Made by a program: the position numbers and the translations under genes. From positions 1,792,001 through 1,856,000 of the forward strand of contig CBDCYI010000005.1 of assembly GCA_965224085.1 (NCBI GenBank): a stretch of 64,000 bases of DNA. Direction: 5' to 3'. This document shows positions 54,041-63,771 of this stretch, in pieces; positions within the stretch are counted from its first letter, which is position 1, and each line of letters starts with the position of its first letter. The notes under the pieces are model-generated. The model saw only the letters and a list, made by a program, of their open reading frames with translations. It was not told the DNA's origin and ran no database searches. The stretch is from Candidatus Marinacidobacterales bacterium. GTDB lineage: Bacteria > Acidobacteriota > Vicinamibacteria > Marinacidobacterales > SMYC01.

Positions 54041-54370
54041 TAACTAGAAACAAATAAAGAGGTATTCCGTTACTTCCTCTCGAAGGCGCCCGGAGTGCTA
54101 TTCGGTCGCCCTTACAGAGAAAGGCGCAAACTCGAGGCTGGAACTGGCACCCACGACCCGAGAAAATTACCCTCTGCGTACCACCACGTTAAAGGTAGGA
54201 AAAATCAGGATTAGGCGGCGTGCCAGCCGATGAGTCGCAGGCTCCGTCTCACAAAAGCCGTGGGGTAAACGACTGCGCCCCGCTATTGTTATCTCGCCCG
54301 CTTCAAAGCTATCCCGCGACGGGCAGGGATATCACCGTCTACCGAGACCGAAGGCAGTGCTTCGAAAAAG

Positions 54371-56212
54371 CTACTCGACCGTGACCGACTTCGCGAGGTT
54401 TCTCGGCTGGTCCACGTCGCAGCCGCGACGTACGGCGATGTGATACGCGAGCAATTGGAGCGGCACGACGCTCACCATCGGCGAGATCGTGTCCGGATGC
54501 TGTGGGATTCGAATGACGTGGTCCCTATCGTCGTCCAGTACGGGGAGTAAGCGATCGTCGCCCTCGGTAATGAGCGCGATGATGCGGGCTCCGCGCGCTT
54601 TAGCCTCCTGGATGTTGCTCGCGATCTTGTCGTAGAGAGGGTTGTCGAGCGCGAGCGCGACGAGCGGCATACGGTCGTCGATGAGTGCTATCGGACCGTG
54701 CTTCATCTCGCCCGCCGGGTAGCCTTCGGCGTGGATATAAGAAAGCTCTTTGAGCTTGAGCGCACCTTCGAGTGCGATCGGGTAGAGATGGCCACGGCCG
54801 AGAAAGAGGAAGTTCCCTACGAGATAGAACTCGCGCGCAACATTCATGAGATCATCCGTGAGCTCGAGCGCCTGCTCCATGATGTGCGGTGTACGCGCGA
54901 GGTCCGCCAGGCGCTCGCGCGCCGCGTCGCGGTCCAGCCGTCCGAGCCGTTGCGCGAGGTGGATTGCGAGGAGATAGAGCGAGACGACCTGGGACGTGAA
55001 CGTCTTCGTCGCCGCCACGCCGATCTCCGGACCGGCATGGGTATAGAGCGTATCGTCGCAAAGCCGTGTAGCCATCGAGCCCATGGCGTTGCAGATGGCG
55101 AGGGTCTTAGCACCCGACTCCTTCGCGGTCTTGAGCGCCGCTAGAGTATCGGCGGTTTCGCCGGACTGCGTGATCCCAATTACGAGCTGATCCTCTCCGA
55201 GGATCGGGTCGCGGTAGCGAAACTCCGATGCAACGTCTACGTCGACTGGGATGCGGGCGAGCCCCTCGATATAGAATTTTCCCACCTGTGCTGCGAGCCA
55301 GCTCGTGCCGCAGGCCGCGATCGAGATGCGGCTCAACTTCGTGACGAAAGTGTCTTCGAGCTCGACTTCACTCAAGTGGACGAGCCCGGAATCGAGCGAG
55401 TAGCGGCCCAAAAGCGTGTCGCGGACGGCGCGGGGCTGCTCGAAAATCTCTTTGAGCATGAAGTGCGTGTAGCCTTGCTTTTCGACTTGAACCGGATCCC
55501 AATTAATCCGCTGAGGCTCTCGCTTCTGCTCGCGTCCGTTCTTGTCGACGACGGTGACCTCGCCCCGGTTCAATATCGCGACATCGCCATCGTCGAGAAA
55601 CACGGCCGAGCGCGTGTGGCTCAAAAAGGCCGGGACATCCGAGGCGATGAAAGACTCGTCTTCCCCGATGCCGAGCACGAGCGGCGGGCCGTAGCGCGCG
55701 CCGACAAGTACGTCCGGCTGTTCTGCCGTCAACGCAACGAAGGCGAAAACACCATCGAGCTCTTCGAGCGAGAGCTGTACCGCTTGGGCGAGATCGCCAT
55801 CGAAATGCTTTTCTATTGTGTGTGAGATGATCTCGGTGTCGGTCTCGGTCACGAATCTGTGACCTTGTTCCACGAGCTCTTGCTTGAGGGCGAGATAGTT
55901 CTCGATGATGCCGTTATGCACGACGACGATCGATCCCGTGCAATCGCGGTGCGGGTGCGCGTTCTCCTCGTTCGGCCGGCCATGCGTCGCCCAGCGCGTG
56001 TGACCGAGGCCGTAGGATCCATTCAATTTGCTATGGTCGAGCTGCCGCGCGAGGTTGTCGAGCTTCCCCTCGGAGCGAAGCACCTCGAGCCCTCGGGACC
56101 CCACGACCGCGATTCCTGCGGAGTCGTAGCCGCGATACTCCAAAGAGCGGAGACCTGCGAGTAGCATTTCGCTCGCGGGCCGCTCGCCCATATAACCGAT
56201 AATGCCGCACAT
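54371..56212 (-). CDS. glmS: glutamine-fructose-6-phosphate aminotransferase
   Basis: [42 protein letters not shown]. Confidence 0.98.
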   Translation of the reverse strand: MCGIIGYMGERPASEMLLAGLRSLEYRGYDSAGIAVVGSRGLEVLRSEGKLDNLARQLDHSKLNGSYGLGHTRWATHGRPNEENAHPHRDCTGSIVVVHNGIIENYLALKQELVEQGHRFVTETDTEIISHTIEKHFDGDLAQAVQLSLEELDGVFAFVALTAEQPDVLVGARYGPPLVLGIGEDESFIASDVPAFLSHTRSAVFLDDGDVAILNRGEVTVVDKNGREQKREPQRINWDPVQVEKQGYTHFMLKEIFEQPRAVRDTLLGRYSLDSGLVHLSEVELEDTFVTKLSRISIAACGTSWLAAQVGKFYIEGLARIPVDVDVASEFRYRDPILGEDQLVIGITQSGETADTLAALKTAKESGAKTLAICNAMGSMATRLCDDTLYTHAGPEIGVAATKTFTSQVVSLYLLAIHLAQRLGRLDRDAARERLADLARTPHIMEQALELTDDLMNVAREFYLVGNFLFLGRGHLYPIALEGALKLKELSYIHAEGYPAGEMKHGPIALIDDRMPLVALALDNPLYDKIASNIQEAKARGARIIALITEGDDRLLPVLDDDRDHVIRIPQHPDTISPMVSVVPLQLLAYHIAVRRGCDVDQPRNLAKSVTVE

Positions 56213-56215
56213 TGC

Positions 56216-57367
56216 TCAGCGTTCCCTTCGTTCCTTTCGTCCTGAGCTTTTTGGTCGGGCCCAGCCTTTTTTGTTGACTTGCCGGCTTCTCGCGAGCGCG
56301 AGCGCGTACGCGGGAACGTCCTTCACGACGCAGGAGCCGGCGGCGACGAAAGCGCCTTTTCCGACGCGCACGGGTGCGACGAGCTGCACGTCGCTTCCCA
56401 CGAAAGCGCCGTCGCCAATAACGGTACGGCTCTTCACCTTGCCGTCGTAGTTGCACGTGATCGTTCCCGCGCCGAGATTGGCGCCGCGTCCGACAGTCGC
56501 GTCCCCGACATAGCTCAAGTGGGACGCTTTGGCGCCGGCTGCGATCCGAGAGTTCTTGAGTTCGACGAAGTTTCCGATACGCGCCGCATCGCCGACGTCC
56601 GACGCCGGACGGATATGCGCGAAGGGGCCGATGGAAGCGTCCTTGCCGATACGGCTTTCGCGGACGAAGCAGTGATCGAGAATCTTCGTTCCCGCTCCAA
56701 TCGATGCGTCGATGAGGTGGCTGAAACTTCCAATGATACAACCCTTCGCGATGCGAGAGTCGCCCTCAATGATCACCCATGGCGAAAGCACTGTGCCCGC
56801 GCCGACGGAGATCTCGGGGTCGACATAGACGCTCGACGGATCCGGGACGAGGACGCCGCGCCGCATGAGGCTCTCGACTTTGCGCCGGCGCAGAACAATG
56901 TGGGCTTGGCTCCAAGCCTCTGCATTCTCGACGCGTAGCAAATCGTCGTCGGTCGCGGGGAAGACAGGAGCAGGTCGAAGGAGCTTCGCGAGCTCGTGAA
57001 GCGTCCGCGCGCGAACGCCCTTCATCGCCTGCGCTTCGGCTGCGAGAACCACAGGAAGACCGCCACCGCTTGCGAAAAGAGCGGCGGGAGCGCTGGCACT
57101 CGCTTTGCTCGCTTTCAGAAGCCGCTTCAGCGCGCTCGCTTCGAAGCAAGGGAGCTCGGCGGGAAGGCAAACAATCGTGTCGCGCATCGCTGCGAGCTCG
57201 CGTGTCGTCGCCGTGTCGACGCCGTCCGGAGCGCTCTTCCCGATCCATAGGACACGGCGCGGCTTGAGAGCTCGGGCCGCGAGCAGCGTGCGCTCCCAAA
57301 CGGCCGTCCCGAGTAACGGCGTGAAAGCGAATCGACTCTTGCCTGGCCAGAGCGCGATGATTGTCAT
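56216..57367 (-). CDS. glmU: GlmU-like protein: intact acetyltransferase beta-helix, degenerate uridyltransferase domain
   Basis: IGPFAHIRP, GNFVELK, ASHLSYVGDA, GAGTITCNYDG present; LAAGxGTRM, GD and EYYLTD absent. Confidence 0.85.
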   Translation of the reverse strand: MTIIALWPGKSRFAFTPLLGTAVWERTLLAARALKPRRVLWIGKSAPDGVDTATTRELAAMRDTIVCLPAELPCFEASALKRLLKASKASASAPAALFASGGGLPVVLAAEAQAMKGVRARTLHELAKLLRPAPVFPATDDDLLRVENAEAWSQAHIVLRRRKVESLMRRGVLVPDPSSVYVDPEISVGAGTVLSPWVIIEGDSRIAKGCIIGSFSHLIDASIGAGTKILDHCFVRESRIGKDASIGPFAHIRPASDVGDAARIGNFVELKNSRIAAGAKASHLSYVGDATVGRGANLGAGTITCNYDGKVKSRTVIGDGAFVGSDVQLVAPVRVGKGAFVAAGSCVVKDVPAYALALARSRQVNKKGWARPKSSGRKERRER

Positions 57368-57371
57368 GGCG

Positions 57372-58391
57372 TCAAGGGGTAGTGTTAGTGTGCGCCATTC
57401 CCGCATGCGCGCGATGAAATATGGACTGAAGCGCGCCCGCGGTCTTCACGCCGTCGTGCCGCACGACGGGTCCAGGCTGGAGCAAGTCTTCGCTGACGAT
57501 CGGGCAAGGAAGCCTGTCGCCTCTCGAATGACGAACCGGCTCCGCGCCGTCTTCACGATAGTGCGCAAGTACCTTGGCGGGAACAGGAGCCGAATTTCTA
57601 AGCACGTGCGAAATCTCGAGCCCGGGCGCGTGCTCTAAAAGGGCATCGATGTGGTCGGCGACCGTGTAGCCGGTCGTCTCGCCCGGCTGGGTCATGACAT
57701 TCGCGAGATAGACGACGTCGGCGCCGGAGCTCGCGATGGCCTCGACCACGCCGGGAACGAGCAAATTTGGTACGAGGCTCGTATAGAGCGAACCAGGTCC
57801 TATCAATACGAGGTCTGCTTGGGAAAGTGCGTTGAGGGCGCCTCGCGGTGGCCGGCAGTCCGCTGGCTGGAGATGGACGCGTCGCACCCGCTGTGGCGAG
57901 CCCGTGATATTTGTCTCGCCCCGCACCAACGAGCCGTCGTCGAGCTCTGCGCGAAGCGAGACACGCTGGTTCGTCGAAGGAAAAATGCGACCACGTATGG
58001 CCAGGACTTGGCTCGCCGCCCGCACGGCTTCGCTGAAGTCGCCGGTCACGCCGGTAAGAGCGGTCAGGAAAAGATTCCCGAAGTTGTGCCCCGCTAAGTC
58101 TCCCGAGCCTTCGAATCGATACTGAAAAAGGGAAGACAAGAGAGACTCGTCGGCGGAGAGAGACACGAGGCAGTTGCGAATGTCGCCGGGCGGCAACATC
58201 TGAAACTCGTCGCGTAGACGTCCAGAGCTGCCGCCGTCATCCGTGACCGTGACGAGCGCGGAGAGGTCGGCGAAATAGACGTCGTCCTTGGAAGGTTCCG
58301 GCGGAGGGTCCATGAACTGCTTGAGCCCGGCGAGAAGCGCGGACAGACCGGTGCCTCCGCCAATGGCGAAGACCCTAAGGCCGTAAATCAC
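57372..58391 (-). CDS. yvcK: YvcK/GlmR family UDP-GlcNAc-binding protein
   Basis: IGGGTGL, VTVTDDGGSSGRLR, PPGDIRNCL, HNFGNL, GPGSLYTS, RHD; GTG start inferred. Confidence 0.93.
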   Translation of the reverse strand: MIYGLRVFAIGGGTGLSALLAGLKQFMDPPPEPSKDDVYFADLSALVTVTDDGGSSGRLRDEFQMLPPGDIRNCLVSLSADESLLSSLFQYRFEGSGDLAGHNFGNLFLTALTGVTGDFSEAVRAASQVLAIRGRIFPSTNQRVSLRAELDDGSLVRGETNITGSPQRVRRVHLQPADCRPPRGALNALSQADLVLIGPGSLYTSLVPNLLVPGVVEAIASSGADVVYLANVMTQPGETTGYTVADHIDALLEHAPGLEISHVLRNSAPVPAKVLAHYREDGAEPVRHSRGDRLPCPIVSEDLLQPGPVVRHDGVKTAGALQSIFHRAHAGMAHTNTTP

Positions 58392-58404
58392 GAGACCGCG
58401 GCTT

Positions 58405-58964
58405 CTACGTGTCGGCGAGTAGCGCTGCCACCTCGGCCTCGCGGCGAACGCTATTGAAGTCCTCGTCGCCTCTCGCGTGGAATAGCGAGGTCGGGTCGCT
58501 GTTGATGGCTTGTTGGAGATATTTCGCGCTTGCCGGAGCGTCGCCCGCCAGCGCGTGCGCCGCCGCCAGGCAGTATTGAACATGAGAGCTCTTGGGCTCG
58601 AGCTCGATGGCCTTCGACAATTGTTTGATGGCTTGTGCGGCATCGCCTTCATTGAGATATCGCCTTCATTGAGATACATGACGCCGAAATTGACCATTTC
58701 CTCGGCCGACTTGGGACGGCGCTGCGGCGTGAGCTGCCGCACGCAAATCTTGAGATAGGAGTCGACTCGTTCGAGCAGCTCCTTTTCCTCGGGGTAGGTG
58801 GCGGTCAAGCGCTCGAGCTGTTCTTTCGCGCGTTGCGCATCTCCCTTGTAGAGTGCTTTGACGGCTTTCTCTAGCCCGTCAACGGCCTTGTTGTACTTCT
58901 CGTTTGAACCGCCCCCCTTCTTCTTGCTCTTTGCGGCCTTGGAGCGCGTCGTTTTCTTCGCCAA
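58405..58964 (-). pseudogene. TPR protein frameshifted by a 17-bp tandem duplication
   Basis: removing one repeat unit joins YLNEGDAAQAIKQLSKAIELEP...DEDFNSVR in one frame. Confidence 0.85.
58642..58675. repeat. perfect 17-bp tandem duplication
   Basis: ATCGCCTTCATTGAGAT x2. Confidence 0.95.
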
Positions 58965-59068
58965 TGCAACCTCCTTTGAAACTCTAGCGATAGCGTCCGA
59001 CCGGGCACCGGGAATCGAGACGCGGCCGTCGCTGGGACACTCGTTGGTTGGAATACCAAATTATAGAA

Positions 59069-59518
59069 TCAGTTAGGGTCCCGGATCAACTTGAGCCGCT
59101 CGCGTGTGTCCTCCTCGAGGAGCGCATCGGGTGGTACACCCCGATCGCGCGCTCTTTCAAGGAGTTCCGTCGTCTTCATGCCAATGGCCCGGATGGCTTC
59201 GGGGCTTCGTCGCTCGCCTTCGAGAAGGAAGCGAACACCCTGGATACGGGCGCCCGCGTCGACGAGAAAATCGAGCGCATAGGTGATGCCTCTCGCCGTC
59301 AACGCGACGCCGGCCTCCGCCCCGGTCAAAATATTGTTGGCGGAGCCAGCGACGACGCTAGCCATCAGTCGCTTCGCCGTGTCGGTGTCGACGACGACGC
59401 CGATGGCGCATGGTGCGAAGAGCTCGAAGTCAACGTCGTAGATAGCGTCGGGAGGCACTTCACGAAAAGACGTCGTCTCTCGGAGAGCTTCGAGCGGAAG
59501 GATTTCTTCAACGTCCAT
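59069..59518 (-). CDS. stand-alone C-terminal fragment of a Leu/Phe/Val dehydrogenase NAD-binding domain
   Basis: FAPCAIG, VAGSANNIL, GITYALDFLVDAGARI. Confidence 0.65.
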   Translation of the reverse strand: MDVEEILPLEALRETTSFREVPPDAIYDVDFELFAPCAIGVVVDTDTAKRLMASVVAGSANNILTGAEAGVALTARGITYALDFLVDAGARIQGVRFLLEGERRSPEAIRAIGMKTTELLERARDRGVPPDALLEEDTRERLKLIRDPN

Positions 59519-60341
59519 GGGTCGCGAGCTCATTGTAGACGTCGCGCGTCGAGAGGCCATGCTCTTTGGCGAGCTTCTTGGCGGCATCGCGTGCCGACAA
59601 ACCGTCCGAGCGCAGCTCGGCGAAGCGGGGCGAGAGGCTAGCGATCGTAACGGGCGTTTTGTCACCGCCACGCTCACCGCTCACAACGATCGTGAGCTCT
59701 CCCTTGAAGCGACGTCCCAGCGCCCACGCGGCGAGCTCATGGAGCGTGTCGGCCTGGTGCTCTTCGTGAAGCTTCGTCATCTCGCGGAGGACACAGGCCG
59801 AGCGCGGCCCGAGCAGCGCTTCGAGATCCGTCAGCAACTGGGTGACGCGGCCCGGGGCTTCATAAAGCACGAGGGTGCCTGGAGCGTCTCGTAGCGCCTC
59901 GAGCACCTTTCGTCGCGCGCCGCCCTTGCGCGGAACAAAGCCGACAAAGGTGAAGCTCGATGTGGGAAGCCCTGCGACCGAGAGAGCTGCGAGAAGAGCG
60001 CTTGCGCCCGGCACCGGGCGCACCGTGATGCCCGCCTCCCGCGCGGCCGAAACGAGCCGGTAACCGGGGTCCGAGACGAGCGGTGTCCCCGCGTCGGAGA
60101 CGAGTGCTACGTTCTCCCCGGCCGCGAGGCGCTCGACGAGCTTCGGCGCACGCACGGCCTCATTATGCTCGTGATAGGAGAGCGTCTTGGTGGCGATGTC
60201 GAAGTGACGGAGGAGCCTCCGGGTCACCCGCGTGTCCTCGCAGGCGATGAGATCCACAGACTGAAGCACCTCCTTCGCCCGGTACGTCATGTCGCCTAGG
60301 TTCCCGATCGGCGTCGATACGACAAAGAGGGTACCCGTCAC
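59508..60341 (-). CDS. rsmI: 16S rRNA C1402 2'-O-methyltransferase
   Basis: VSTPIGNLGD, ACEDTR, VSDAGTPLVSDPG, REMTKLHEE. Confidence 0.96.
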   Translation of the reverse strand: MTGTLFVVSTPIGNLGDMTYRAKEVLQSVDLIACEDTRVTRRLLRHFDIATKTLSYHEHNEAVRAPKLVERLAAGENVALVSDAGTPLVSDPGYRLVSAAREAGITVRPVPGASALLAALSVAGLPTSSFTFVGFVPRKGGARRKVLEALRDAPGTLVLYEAPGRVTQLLTDLEALLGPRSACVLREMTKLHEEHQADTLHELAAWALGRRFKGELTIVVSGERGGDKTPVTIASLSPRFAELRSDGLSARDAAKKLAKEHGLSTRDVYNELATHGR

Positions 60342-60431
60342 GGCGCACGATCGTATCAACTTTGCGCGCGATTGCACGCCTCAGGTGCCTGTGGTACGTT
60401 TTTTGGTCGCGCTATAGTTCAAAGGTATCCA

Positions 60432-61238
60432 GTGTCCCAAAGAGAGAACAGCCAAGAAAACCCCATCGAGCTTTCGGTGGTTTTCCCTGCCTACAACGAT
60501 GCCGGCACTATCCCGAGCATGGTCATCGGGGCACGTCTCGCCGCGCGGAAGCTCGCCGATAGTTACGAGATCGTCGTCGTCAACGATGGAAGCACCGACC
60601 ACACGGCCGAGGTGCTGTGCGAGCTCGAATCCGTGTTTCCCGAGCTTCGCGTCATCCACCACCCGGCCAACCGCGGCTATGGCGGCGCTCTGCGAACGGG
60701 GTTTCAGGCGGCGAAGAAAGACCTCATTTTTTACACCGATGGCGACGCGCAATACGATCCGCGCGAGATGTCGCGGCTGTTCGAGGCGTGGCATTCAGGG
60801 AGCGATTTCGTCAACGGTAGAAAGGCTGGGCGCGCGGATCCGCTGCACCGCGTCATCATTGGACGTCTCTATCACTGGAGCGTGCGCGTCGCTTTCGGGC
60901 TAAAGCTCAGCGATGTCGATTGCGATTTTCGTTTGTTCCGCCGCGCCATCTTCGAAAAAGTCGAACTCACAAAAGACAGCGGGGTCATTTGCGTCGAGCT
61001 CATGAAGAAGGTTCAAGATCACGGCTTTCGCGTCCAGGAAGTGCCGGTGCACCATTTCCACCGGGTCTATGGCAAGAGTCAGTTCTTCAACTTCCCACGC
61101 GTCGCGAAAACGCTTTTGGATCTCACGAAGCTGTGGCTCGATCTCGTCGTGCGGAAGACGCATCTCCGGACAGCCGAGCCGACTGCCGAAGCTTCGCGCT
61201 CCTCGTCCACGCGCGACCCCGAGCGCGTCGCGCGCTGA
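60432..61238 (+). CDS. GT2 glycosyltransferase (DPM1/ArnC-like)
   Basis: VVFPAYND, VNDGSTD, NRGYGGA, TDGDAQYDP. Confidence 0.92.
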   Translation: MSQRENSQENPIELSVVFPAYNDAGTIPSMVIGARLAARKLADSYEIVVVNDGSTDHTAEVLCELESVFPELRVIHHPANRGYGGALRTGFQAAKKDLIFYTDGDAQYDPREMSRLFEAWHSGSDFVNGRKAGRADPLHRVIIGRLYHWSVRVAFGLKLSDVDCDFRLFRRAIFEKVELTKDSGVICVELMKKVQDHGFRVQEVPVHHFHRVYGKSQFFNFPRVAKTLLDLTKLWLDLVVRKTHLRTAEPTAEASRSSSTRDPERVAR

Positions 61239-61271
61239 GCCGCGGTCTTTCGAAACCGCTGAAGTAAACTG

Positions 61272-62288
61272 ATGGACGACAAACGCCGCGAGCTCTATCA
61301 AAAGACCTTCGAGAATAAGAAAGTTCTGATCACGGGCGGCCTCGGCTTCATCGGCAGCAATCTAGCCCGCGCGCTCGTCCCCCTCGGCGCTAAAGTTCTA
61401 CTCGTCGACTCGCTCATTCCTGACTATGGAGGCAACCTGTTCAACGTCGACGGGATCGAAAAGAGCGTGCAAGTCAATATCGCCGACGTCCGCGACAAGA
61501 ACGGTATGCAATATCTTGTCCGCGGCCAGAATTTTCTATTCAACCTCGCCGGCCAGGTCAGCCACGTCGACAGCATGACCGACCCGCTGACCGATCTTGA
61601 GATCAACTGCCGAAGCCAGCTCTCCATCCTCGAGGCCTGCCGGCATGCGAACCCAGAGGTCCGTATCATCTATGCCAGCACGCGGCAAATCTATGGGAAG
61701 CCGGTCGAGCTCCCCGCGAGTGAAGACCATCCCATACGCCCCACCGACGTGAACGGCATCAACAAAGCGAGCGGCGAGAGGTATCACCAGATTTATTGCG
61801 AAGTGTATGGGCTTCGCACGACGTCGCTGCGGCTCACCAACACTTACGGGCCGCGCCAGTTGATGAAACACAACCGGCAAGGCTTTGCGGGATGGTTCGT
61901 ACGGCGCGTCGTGCTGGAGGAGGAGATCCTGCTCTTCGGCGACGGCGAGCAGAAACGTGACTTCAACTACGTGGACGATGTCGTCGACGCCTTTCTTTTG
62001 AGTGCTGCTTCCGAAAAAGCCTTGGGCGAGACGTTCAACCTCGGCGCCAACCCGCCTATCTCTCTGCGCACCTACGTCGAGCTCCTGTACAAAGTATCGG
62101 GGAAAGAGGCGACCTACCAGCTCGTGCCCTTCCCTGAGGAGCGCCTCCGCATCGATATCGGGGATTTCTACACGGATTATTCGAAGATAGAGCGGCAGTT
62201 GGGCTGGCGACCCGAGACCACTTTGAGCGACGGGTTGAGGAAGACGGTCGATTATTACCGCGAGAACATCGAGCATTATCTGAAGTGA
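61272..62288 (+). CDS. NAD-dependent epimerase/dehydratase
   Basis: TGGLGFIGS, LTNTYGPR, RDFNYVDD; YxxxK replaced by NGINK. Confidence 0.92.
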   Translation: MDDKRRELYQKTFENKKVLITGGLGFIGSNLARALVPLGAKVLLVDSLIPDYGGNLFNVDGIEKSVQVNIADVRDKNGMQYLVRGQNFLFNLAGQVSHVDSMTDPLTDLEINCRSQLSILEACRHANPEVRIIYASTRQIYGKPVELPASEDHPIRPTDVNGINKASGERYHQIYCEVYGLRTTSLRLTNTYGPRQLMKHNRQGFAGWFVRRVVLEEEILLFGDGEQKRDFNYVDDVVDAFLLSAASEKALGETFNLGANPPISLRTYVELLYKVSGKEATYQLVPFPEERLRIDIGDFYTDYSKIERQLGWRPETTLSDGLRKTVDYYRENIEHYLK

Positions 62289-63385
62289 GTGGCCGCACCG
62301 TTCGGTTCAACGACCTCCGAATCTGTGATACCGATCTCGCGCGCGAAGTTCGAACGGCGATCGAGCGCGTCGTGAGCTCAGGGTGGTACGTGTTGGGTCC
62401 GGAGGTCCAGGCGTTCGAGAAGGAATATGCGCGCGCGGCCGGGGCGCGCTGCGGCGTAAGCGTCGCTTCGGGAACGGATGCCATTAGCCTCTCTTTGATG
62501 GCGCTTGGCGTGGGCGCGGGCGACGAGGTCGTGACGTCTCCGTTGACGGCGATTTTCACCGCGCTCGCGATTAGCCGGCTCGGTGCTCGCCCTGTTTTCG
62601 CCGATGTAGACCCGGAAACCCTCACCCTCTCGCCCGCATCTGTGGAAGAGCGTATCACCGGCAGGACCAAGGCCATCGTTCCGGTCCATCTTTACGGGAA
62701 CGCGTGCTCAATGGACCCGCTGCTCGAGCTCGCCGAGACGCGAGGGCTCGTCGTCGTCGAAGACGCGTGTCAAGCGCATGGTGCGCGTTATCATGACCGC
62801 CCTCTCGGAGCTCTCGGCCGCGTGGGTGCCTTTAGCTTCTACCCCACCAAGAATCTCGGTGCACTCGGCGATGGCGGCTTCATCACGACGGACGATGATG
62901 AGCTTGCTACGACGCTCGCGCGTTTGAGAAATGGCGGTCAGCAGAGTCGCTATATCCACACGGAGGTGGGGATCAATAGTCGTCTCGACGAGATACAGGC
63001 GGCGGTCCTTCGCGCCAAGCTTCCGCATCTCGAGACATGGAATCGGCGCCGCCGCGAGCTCGCCGCCCGCTACGAAGAGGGGCTCGAGGGAACGGAGCTT
63101 CGCGCGACCGGCGTTCTCGATGGTGTGTTGTCGGCACGGCATCTATTCGTCGTGCGTACCCCCTCGCGGGACGCTTGGATGGAACGGCTCGCCTCGCGAG
63201 GCGTCCAAACGCTCGTGCACTACCCGGTGCCAGCACATCTCCAGCCGGCTTATCGCGAGTTGGGGCAGGGGGAGGGAAGCTGTCCGGTCGCGGAGGAAGC
63301 GGCGAGCTCGACTTTGTCTCTACCACTCTACCCATCGATGTCCGATGATGACGTCGACTACGTCCTCGAAAGCGTGCGCTCATGA
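62285..63385 (+). CDS. DegT/DnrJ/EryC1/StrS sugar aminotransferase
   Basis: SGTDA, VHLYG, EDACQAHGA, SFYPTKNLGALGDGG, NSRLDEIQAA. Confidence 0.95.
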   Translation: MSGRTVRFNDLRICDTDLAREVRTAIERVVSSGWYVLGPEVQAFEKEYARAAGARCGVSVASGTDAISLSLMALGVGAGDEVVTSPLTAIFTALAISRLGARPVFADVDPETLTLSPASVEERITGRTKAIVPVHLYGNACSMDPLLELAETRGLVVVEDACQAHGARYHDRPLGALGRVGAFSFYPTKNLGALGDGGFITTDDDELATTLARLRNGGQQSRYIHTEVGINSRLDEIQAAVLRAKLPHLETWNRRRRELAARYEEGLEGTELRATGVLDGVLSARHLFVVRTPSRDAWMERLASRGVQTLVHYPVPAHLQPAYRELGQGEGSCPVAEEAASSTLSLPLYPSMSDDDVDYVLESVRS

Positions 63386-63771
63386 AACACTCTCGTCGTG
63401 CTGCGCGCCCACGAGCGGCGCGGATTTCGAGCCTCTCAGCTCGTGCTCACCGGACCAAGGACGAAGGAAGAGCAAAGTATCGCGCGACGGGAGTCCGCGA
63501 CGCTCTGCCCTTCCTCATGCGCGTCGGATGACGACCCAAGAGAGAACGATCGGTCCCAACCTTGCTCGAATGCGTTCTTCTCGGGCCGCCATCACGGCGC
63601 ACCATCCATCCCCGCATCTGAACTCATTGCAACGGCGATGCCAGGCGCGCGCGCACACGAAAACACTGCAACCTCTTCCATGAGAAACGTTTAGGCCGGG
63701 AGCTCGAATCGTTGGGACTGTAGTCCCGACGGTCACATACGAGGCGAGCGAGCGCAATGTAGCGAAGCCCG

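Noticed and set aside
56212-56216. glmS ribozyme
   Set aside because: Only 3 bp separate glmU and glmS, leaving no room for a leader
57372-58964. 530-aa TPR-YvcK fusion as an evolved domain architecture
   Set aside because: Produced by the 17-bp duplication; the linker is out-of-frame TPR sequence
63382-63770. ORFs downstream of the aminotransferase
   Set aside because: Short, inconsistent frames with no identifiable family; probably decayed sequence
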